A DNA stretch of 64,000 nt from Nitrospira sp. (lineage in GTDB: Bacteria > Nitrospirota > Nitrospiria > Nitrospirales > Nitrospiraceae): positions 603 to 64,602 of the forward strand of contig JAOUGT010000001.1 of the NCBI GenBank assembly GCA_029865485.1, written 5' to 3'. The translations under genes were made by a program, and so were the position numbers. How positions within the stretch are numbered: position 1 is the first letter of the stretch; each line of letters begins with the position of its first letter. This document shows positions 57,805-64,000 of this stretch, piece after piece. The notes under the pieces are model-generated. The model did no database searches and was not told where the DNA came from. It worked only from the letters and a program-made list of their open reading frames with translations.

Positions 57805-58881
57805 ATGAGAGTACCGGGGATGGCAAGAGTCCGTGCCGGCTTGGCGAAGCTGTCGAGTCGCTCACAGCCAGTGGGCCTCATCCTGCTCTACCATCGGGTT
57901 GCGGATCTTGAGGGCGACCCTCAATTGCTTGCTGTAGAGGTGCAGCGATTTGCCGACCAGATGGCACATCTATCCTGGCGGTATGAAGTCGTCACGCTTC
58001 ACGAGTTGATCCGCAGGAGGTCAACCCATTCGGATGTGAGGAGGCCCCTCGTGGCTGTGACATTCGATGACGGGTACGCGGACAACCTGGTCAATGCAAA
58101 GCCGGCGCTGGAATCGGCGCATGTTCCGGCAACCGTGTTTGTGGCGAGCGGATATATGGAGGGCGAACAGCAGTTCTGGTGGGATGAATTAGAGAGCATT
58201 TTTCTGCGGCCATCTTCCCTCCCTGAAGTCTTGCCACTCTCCGTTGATGGCGAGATGCGGGAATGGGTTCTGGGTCGGGATACTGTTTACGATGACGCGC
58301 AATGTATTGCATACCGGGGATGGAATGTCTTGTGTCGCGAGGATCCCACACGGCGCCATCAGCTGTATCGCGCGCTGTGTGCTTTACTGAGGCCCATGGC
58401 AGAAGCGGATCGCGAACGGACGCTCTGCACGATCCGTTCATGGGCAGGTTACCTGCATGCCACCGCTTCATCTCATCGGATCCTTACTCCGCAGGAAGTA
58501 CGGACGTTGGCTTCAGGGCCGTGGGTCGAAGTTGGTGCCCATACCGAGTCACATCCGGTATTGGCCCGCTTGCCCCTGGGGGCACAGCGTGAGGAAATCG
58601 GAAGGTGTAAGGAGCGGCTGCAGAGCGTTCTGTCCTGCCCAGTCACGAGCTTCGCCTATCCCTATGGAACCATGGCTGATTACACAGCGGATACAACCGC
58701 GCTTGTGAAAGAAGAAGGGTATAGCCTGGCATGCTCGAATTACCCCGAGCGGGTCACGCGAGATACCGATGTATATCAGCTGCCTCGATTCGTGGTCAGA
58801 AATTGGGATCAGGACAGGTTTCGCACAATGATGGAGTCATGGTGGCAGGGAACGATAGGAGAAGAGGCTCATGCCTACTGA
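57805..58881 (+). CDS. Polysaccharide deacetylase (CE4/NodB)
   Basis: LLYHRV, VTFDDGY, GAHT.SHP, FAYPYG. Confidence 0.92.
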   Translation: MRVPGMARVRAGLAKLSSRSQPVGLILLYHRVADLEGDPQLLAVEVQRFADQMAHLSWRYEVVTLHELIRRRSTHSDVRRPLVAVTFDDGYADNLVNAKPALESAHVPATVFVASGYMEGEQQFWWDELESIFLRPSSLPEVLPLSVDGEMREWVLGRDTVYDDAQCIAYRGWNVLCREDPTRRHQLYRALCALLRPMAEADRERTLCTIRSWAGYLHATASSHRILTPQEVRTLASGPWVEVGAHTESHPVLARLPLGAQREEIGRCKERLQSVLSCPVTSFAYPYGTMADYTADTTALVKEEGYSLACSNYPERVTRDTDVYQLPRFVVRNWDQDRFRTMMESWWQGTIGEEAHAY

Positions 58882-59719
58882 GTGGCTCAAGCAGTGCGCC
58901 AAACGCTGGTTCAACCTGTTCGGATTGGAGGTGTGTTGGAAACAACAGTCTGGGGGGCCGTTGGGGCCACGAACGTCAATGGCCGAGGTCCTTCAGCAAG
59001 CCAAACGGGTGGGATTTGCGCCTGGCACGGTGATTGACGTGGGGGCGGCCTTGGGATCGTTTACGCGGGAGTGTCATGCTGTATTTCCCGAGGCGCACTA
59101 TCTTCTGCTTGAACCGTTGGAGGAATATCGCCCGCTCTTGGAGCAGCTGGTACGGGGGATATCGAAAGCGCATTGCTGCATCGCCGCTGCAGCCTCTCGA
59201 TCGGGAACGATGGAGATCAATGTACATCCAGATCTCGTGGGATCTTCTCTGTATCGCGAGGTTGAACAATGTACGGATGTCAATGGGATACCTCGACCCG
59301 TGTCTGTGGTGGCCCTCGATAGCATGGTGGACGAGCGGGGTGCCGTGGGTCCGTATCTAATGAAGCTTGATGTGCAGGGGGCTGAACTGGATGTGCTGCG
59401 AGGCGCGGAACGCGTCCTGGCCGATTGTGAATTTGTCGTTCTGGAAGTCTCGTTCTTTCAATTCTTTCACGATGGTCCGGAATGTGCGGATGTCTTTGCC
59501 TATATGCGAGGCCTGGGGTTCGTGCCTTACGACATTGTCGGATTGCAATATCGGCCGCTCGATCAGGCGCTCTCTCAGGCGGATATCGCCTTCGTGAAAG
59601 AGGAGGGGCTGTTCCGTCGCCACCACTATTATGCCACTCCGGCTCAACGTGCCGAGCAGAATGCGCGCATGAAACAGCATCTGAGCGAACTCTTTGGAGA
59701 TCGCGCATATGACTCATAA
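58871..59719 (+). CDS. FkbM-family methyltransferase
   Basis: IDVGAA.G, LEP, LD, KLDVQGAEL.VL.G. Confidence 0.9.
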   Translation: MPTEWLKQCAKRWFNLFGLEVCWKQQSGGPLGPRTSMAEVLQQAKRVGFAPGTVIDVGAALGSFTRECHAVFPEAHYLLLEPLEEYRPLLEQLVRGISKAHCCIAAAASRSGTMEINVHPDLVGSSLYREVEQCTDVNGIPRPVSVVALDSMVDERGAVGPYLMKLDVQGAELDVLRGAERVLADCEFVVLEVSFFQFFHDGPECADVFAYMRGLGFVPYDIVGLQYRPLDQALSQADIAFVKEEGLFRRHHYYATPAQRAEQNARMKQHLSELFGDRAYDS

Positions 59720-60617
59720 CCGTCCGACGCTGTCGATCGTCACACCCTCTTACAACCAGGCGCAGTTCCTCGAGGAGAGCATCGAGTCGGTACTCAACCA
59801 AGGATACACCGATTTGGAGTACGTGGTCATCGATGGAGGATCTCGTGATGGCAGTATCGACATCCTTCGCCGACACCAGCATAAGCTTGCATATTGGGTC
59901 AGTGAGCCGGACGGGGGGCAATATGAGGCAATCAACAAGGGTTTTGCCAAGACCACCGGCGAGATCATGGCGTGGCTCAATAGCGACGACAAATATCTTC
60001 CCTCGGCCTTCTCGACCGTCGCCGAAATATTCGCCGCCCATCCGCATGTCGAGTGGGTGACGACCGTCCACCCGTTGACCTGGAATGAACGTGGGCAGGC
60101 CGTTGGGGCGGATTTTACGGGCGGGTTCAACGCGCGTGCCTTCTATAGAGGAAGTAACCTTCCTGTCACCGGCACCCACGGACGTCGATGGATACAGCAG
60201 GAATCCACGTTCTGGAGGCGATCTCTTTGGGAGCGGGCCGGAGGGAGGCTCGATGTTTCGTTTCCACATGCCGCAGATTTCGAACTGTGGGGCAGGTTCT
60301 TCCAGCATGCCGAATTGTATGGAGTGAGGGCATTGTTAGGGGGATTTCGGACGCACGGAAACCAGAAGTCCCTTCACTTTCGAGAAGCGTATGTGGAAGA
60401 GGCCCAGGACGTCCTGCGCGCCTACCGGCAATGGCCTGGCAACAGAAGTGAACGGGCAGTGAGGGAGCTCCTTTGGAAACTGGTCCGGCAATATTCGCTG
60501 AGCGATGTCCCTAGCTGGCTGAGGATCGGGCTGCAGGCGATCGGGCTGTTCCAGCCGGCGCCAGTGATCACATGGACGGGAAAAGAGTGGGAAATCACTT
60601 CTGGCTTCGTGTTTTGA
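59709..60617 (+). CDS. GT2 glycosyltransferase (WfgS/WcaE-like)
   Basis: SIVTPSYNQ, IDGGSRDGS, SEPD.G, AINKG, WLNSDD. Confidence 0.92.
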   Translation: MTHNRPTLSIVTPSYNQAQFLEESIESVLNQGYTDLEYVVIDGGSRDGSIDILRRHQHKLAYWVSEPDGGQYEAINKGFAKTTGEIMAWLNSDDKYLPSAFSTVAEIFAAHPHVEWVTTVHPLTWNERGQAVGADFTGGFNARAFYRGSNLPVTGTHGRRWIQQESTFWRRSLWERAGGRLDVSFPHAADFELWGRFFQHAELYGVRALLGGFRTHGNQKSLHFREAYVEEAQDVLRAYRQWPGNRSERAVRELLWKLVRQYSLSDVPSWLRIGLQAIGLFQPAPVITWTGKEWEITSGFVF

Positions 60618-60633
60618 GCGTTATGCTACCGGC

Positions 60634-62019
60634 ATGCGTATTCTGCAAGTCAATACGGCGGATACCGGGGGAGGAGCCGAAACAGTTGCCTGGCAGCTCA
60701 TGCAGGGCTATCGCCGTGCCGGGCACCAGTCCTGGATGGCCGTAGGCAAGAAAAACACCGAGAGCTCCGATACGTATCTCATTCAACACGATCCATACCG
60801 GACCGCATGGAGTCGGTGGTGCGGCGCGTTGGCCAATCGACTCATTCAGCTTGAACCCAGTGGGAAACACAACAGACGTCTCTATCAGCTTCTCGCTCTA
60901 GGATTGGGGCAGCCCTCACGGGCATTCCAGCGCTGGCAAGGGAAGGAAGATTTTGAGTTCCCAGGCACAGCCGGCCTTGAGGGTATTCCTTCTGAGCTCC
61001 CCGATATCGTTCATTGTCACAACCTTCACGGCTCATGGTTGCCGGACGACGGCTATTTTGATCTGAGAGCCTTGCCAGGTCTCAGTCGCCGTTTCCCCTT
61101 AGTGCTGACGCTGCATGATGCCTGGATGCTCAGCGGGCATTGTGCGCACTCGTTCGACTGCGAGCGCTGGAGGACCGGATGCGGTACCTGTCCAGACCTG
61201 ATGATCTACCCTTCGATCAAGCGAGATGCCACAACATTTAACTGGCGCCGAAAGCAAGACATCTTTGCAAAATCCAAGCTGTTCGTGGCCACACCCTCCC
61301 GCTGGCTCATGGACAAGGTAAGCGCGTCGATGCTGAATTCTGGAATCGTCGAGCGCCGGGTGATTCCAAATGGAGTTGATCTAACATTATTCATGCCTGC
61401 CGAACAGCAAGCAGCAAGGGCAGACCTCGGGCTTCCCCAGCACGCGAAGATCCTCCTCTTTGCGGCAAACGGAATCAGAGACAACGTCTGGAAGGACTAT
61501 CGGATGCTGCGCAACGCCCTCTCCAGAATGGCCGCCTTTATGAAAGGTGATCCATTGCTTCTGCTGGCACTAGGAGACGAGGCGGACACGGAGACTGTCA
61601 ATTCAGTGACGGTGCAATTTATAGGATATGAGCAAGACCCCGCACGTGTCGCGAAATTCTACCAGGCTGCCGATCTGTATGTCCACGCGGCCCGTGTCGA
61701 TACATTTCCGAACACGGTGATCGAGGCAGCAGCATGTGGGACTCCAGTGGTGGCCACAGCGGTTGGTGGGATACCAGAGCAAATCGACGATGGGTGCTCC
61801 GGTCTCCTTGTCCCGGCAGGAGACGCCGAGTCCTTAGCATTCCACGTAGGAGCACTGCTGCGAGATGAAGGCCGTCGTCGTGCCATGTCGGCCGAGGCCT
61901 CACGCTTAGCGAAGGATCGTTTTGATCTTGCGCGCCAGGTACAGGCGTATTTGGAATGGTATCAAGAAATACTGATGTCGTCATCACCATCAAACAGGTC
62001 CGTGCCTCATGCCTGCTAA
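60634..62019 (+). CDS. GT4 glycosyltransferase (WcaC-like)
   Basis: GGA, H.HNLH, TLHD.W..SGHC.H..DC..W..GC..CP, DTFPNTVIEA.ACG.P. Confidence 0.9.
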   Translation: MRILQVNTADTGGGAETVAWQLMQGYRRAGHQSWMAVGKKNTESSDTYLIQHDPYRTAWSRWCGALANRLIQLEPSGKHNRRLYQLLALGLGQPSRAFQRWQGKEDFEFPGTAGLEGIPSELPDIVHCHNLHGSWLPDDGYFDLRALPGLSRRFPLVLTLHDAWMLSGHCAHSFDCERWRTGCGTCPDLMIYPSIKRDATTFNWRRKQDIFAKSKLFVATPSRWLMDKVSASMLNSGIVERRVIPNGVDLTLFMPAEQQAARADLGLPQHAKILLFAANGIRDNVWKDYRMLRNALSRMAAFMKGDPLLLLALGDEADTETVNSVTVQFIGYEQDPARVAKFYQAADLYVHAARVDTFPNTVIEAAACGTPVVATAVGGIPEQIDDGCSGLLVPAGDAESLAFHVGALLRDEGRRRAMSAEASRLAKDRFDLARQVQAYLEWYQEILMSSSPSNRSVPHAC

Positions 62020-63139
62020 AGTCATATTGCTGGCGGTTGGGCTTGGGGTAGGAGGGACGGAAACCCATATTGTGGAGTTGGCTTCACGGCTCGATCGCTC
62101 GCGATTCACGGTGACGGTGTGTGCGCTCAAACCAAACGGGACGCTGGTGCAGGAACTCCAAAAGAGGGGAGTCAGGGTTCTCTCCTTAGGTGGGGCTGGA
62201 AAACTCGACGCCCGTGTCATCGTGAGATTATTCAAACTTCTTCGCGTTGAGCAACCGGATGTCGTGCAGGCGTTCCTCTTCTGGGCCAATGTCGCAGCCC
62301 GTGCGTGCGGACGCATTTTGAGGGCATTTCCTGTTATTTCGTCATATCATGATGAAGTGGTCAGTGAAGGATGGCTCGTGCGCTTGGTGGATCGGCTCAC
62401 GCTGCATTGGACACAGCGCATCGTCTGCTGCTCTCACGCCGTCAGTCGATCGGTCGTCTCTCGGATTGGTGGAACAATCGAGCACTGCACCATGATCCCG
62501 TTCGGTGTGGACATCGAGCAATTTGAGTCGGCGGCAGCGGCGACGAGGCGTGAACTCGGCCTTCGAGATAGCGGGAATGTGATCGGGACAGTTTGTCGGC
62601 TGGTTGAGCCCAAGAAAGGTCTCACCATTCTCCTTCGGGCCATGGCGGAGTTGGCCCGAAGGTATGGGCAACCGCCTTGCCAATTAGTGATTGTCGGGGA
62701 CGGACCATCACGCGACGAATTGGAAGTACTGCGTGAACAATTGGGGCTGTCCTCCTGGATTGTGTTCACGGGGTCCAGACGGGATATCCCTCGCGTGCTG
62801 CACGCGTTGGATGCCTTCGTGCTTCCCTCGTTGTACGAAGGTTTTGGCATCGCGATTCTTGAAGCCATGGCGGCAGGAAAACCGGTGATCGCCACCACCG
62901 TGGGAGGAATCCCTGATTTTGTCCTGTCCAAAGAAACCGGACTGCTCGTCGAGCCGGGAAATGTTCAGGCATTGGCTGATGCGATCGCCCACCTCCTGAG
63001 TGATCCACAGCAGGCGGAAGCGATGGGAGCCAAGGCGAGAGTGCACGCACGGGACAACTATCGTATCTCGGAGATCGTGCGACAACATGAGCAGGTCTAT
63101 TCAGCGTGCCTCGCCCGTGGCGTAGACGACAGATCATGA
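62009..63139 (+). CDS. GT4 glycosyltransferase
   Basis: GGTE, RL…KG, PSLYEGFGIAILEAMAAGKPV. Confidence 0.92.
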   Translation: MPAKVILLAVGLGVGGTETHIVELASRLDRSRFTVTVCALKPNGTLVQELQKRGVRVLSLGGAGKLDARVIVRLFKLLRVEQPDVVQAFLFWANVAARACGRILRAFPVISSYHDEVVSEGWLVRLVDRLTLHWTQRIVCCSHAVSRSVVSRIGGTIEHCTMIPFGVDIEQFESAAAATRRELGLRDSGNVIGTVCRLVEPKKGLTILLRAMAELARRYGQPPCQLVIVGDGPSRDELEVLREQLGLSSWIVFTGSRRDIPRVLHALDAFVLPSLYEGFGIAILEAMAAGKPVIATTVGGIPDFVLSKETGLLVEPGNVQALADAIAHLLSDPQQAEAMGAKARVHARDNYRISEIVRQHEQVYSACLARGVDDRS

Positions 63140-63190
63140 TATCTGGATCGGAACATCCTGTGCTCATCAGGATGCAAGGATAGTTACTTC

Positions 63191-64000
63191 ATGTATTTGT
63201 TAAGCTTAACATTCTTGCTCGCACTCTTCCTGTCGTTGTATGGCGTTCCCATTGCACGACAGGCTGCCCTGAAGTACGGCATTGTCGATGCCCCAGACGG
63301 GCGTCTCAAACATCAGAAGGAACCAGTCCCATATTTCGGGGGGCTTGCGATCTACCTGGCCTTTTTGATGAGTCTCGCCTTCACGTTTGAGTTCCGGCAG
63401 GATGTCCTGGGCATTATTCTTGGCGCGACGATCGTGGTCATGTTGGGACTCATCGATGATTTTGGTGTCCTCTCACCCACAACAAAGCTGATCGGTCAGC
63501 TCCTCGCCGTGTTCGTACTGATCAAGAGCGGGATCCGCATTCAAATCGCGGCCCTACCGGAATGGGTCGATCTCGCGTTGACGGTGTTTTGGATGGTTGG
63601 GCTTATCAATGCGTTCAATCTCTTGGATATCATGGACGGTCTTTCCGCCGGAGTCGGTGCGATCAGCGCCGTATGTTTACTGCTAGCGGCATTACTCCAG
63701 GGTGATCAGGTCGTTGCATTCATGCTGGCCGCGTTGATCGGAAGCCTTGTCGGTTTTCTGAAATATAATTGGCAACCGGCTCGGATTTACATGGGTGACA
63801 CAGGAGCCATGTTCATCGGCCTCTTGCTGGGTGCCATGGCGATGATCGGGCAATTCCCCAGTACGCACCCGCTGTCGCTGCTCACGCCCGTATTCATCTT
63901 GGGCATTCCGATTTTCGATACCCTCTTCGTCATGTATATCCGCTATCAGCGAGGGCTCCCGATATTCCTGGGCAGCCCAGACCATATCGCCATCCGTCTC
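63191..64000 (+). CDS. wecA: MraY/WecA-family polyprenyl-phosphate GlcNAc-1-P transferase (3'-truncated by the window edge; absent from the ORF track)
   Basis: Manual translation gives MYLLSLTFLL…VDAPDGRLKHQKEPVPYFGGLAI…GLIDD…NAFNLLDIMDGL…IYMGDTG…PIFDT. Confidence 0.9.
   Translation, partial: MYLLSLTFLLALFLSLYGVPIARQAALKYGIVDAPDGRLKHQKEPVPYFGGLAIYLAFLMSLAFTFEFRQDVLGIILGATIVVMLGLIDDFGVLSPTTKLIGQLLAVFVLIKSGIRIQIAALPEWVDLALTVFWMVGLINAFNLLDIMDGLSAGVGAISAVCLLLAALLQGDQVVAFMLAALIGSLVGFLKYNWQPARIYMGDTGAMFIGLLLGAMAMIGQFPSTHPLSLLTPVFILGIPIFDTLFVMYIRYQRGLPIFLGSPDHIAIRL

Overview
Bacterial chromosomal window; gene content and order suggest a Nitrospira-like organism (inference, no database check). It has four zones. 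(1) 1-7 kb: core genes (comEC, mtnA, pyk, MinD/FlhG-like ATPase). (2) 7.1-13.3 kb: an accessory cluster in which all seven intact genes encode signal-peptide-bearing proteins of unknown function, including a two-LCCL protein and a HEAT-repeat protein. It also holds two decayed 3'-end copies of its own genes and sits divergent from a TMTC-like GT-C membrane glycosyltransferase. (3) 14.7-33.9 kb: envelope and housekeeping genes (D,D-peptidase, Tat dioxygenase, Slp, OMP, pilT/pilU, bioF, MltD-like, aminotransferase-serA-hisZ-dnaB, TPR proteins). (4) 34.2-64 kb: a sigma54-type type IV pilin gene followed by a co-oriented ~29 kb glycan locus (Wzy_C ligase/O-OTase, PilG/H/I-like ABC, Wzm/Wzt, 10 glycosyltransferases, 7 methyltransferases, GNAT, deacetylase, epimerase, WecA running off the end). 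I saw no rRNA, tRNA, CRISPR array, integrase or transposase. The best candidates for an undescribed system are the exported-protein cluster with orphan C-terminal cassettes next to the TMTC-like enzyme, and the pilin-linked heavily methylated glycan locus. All assignments come from motif reading by eye.
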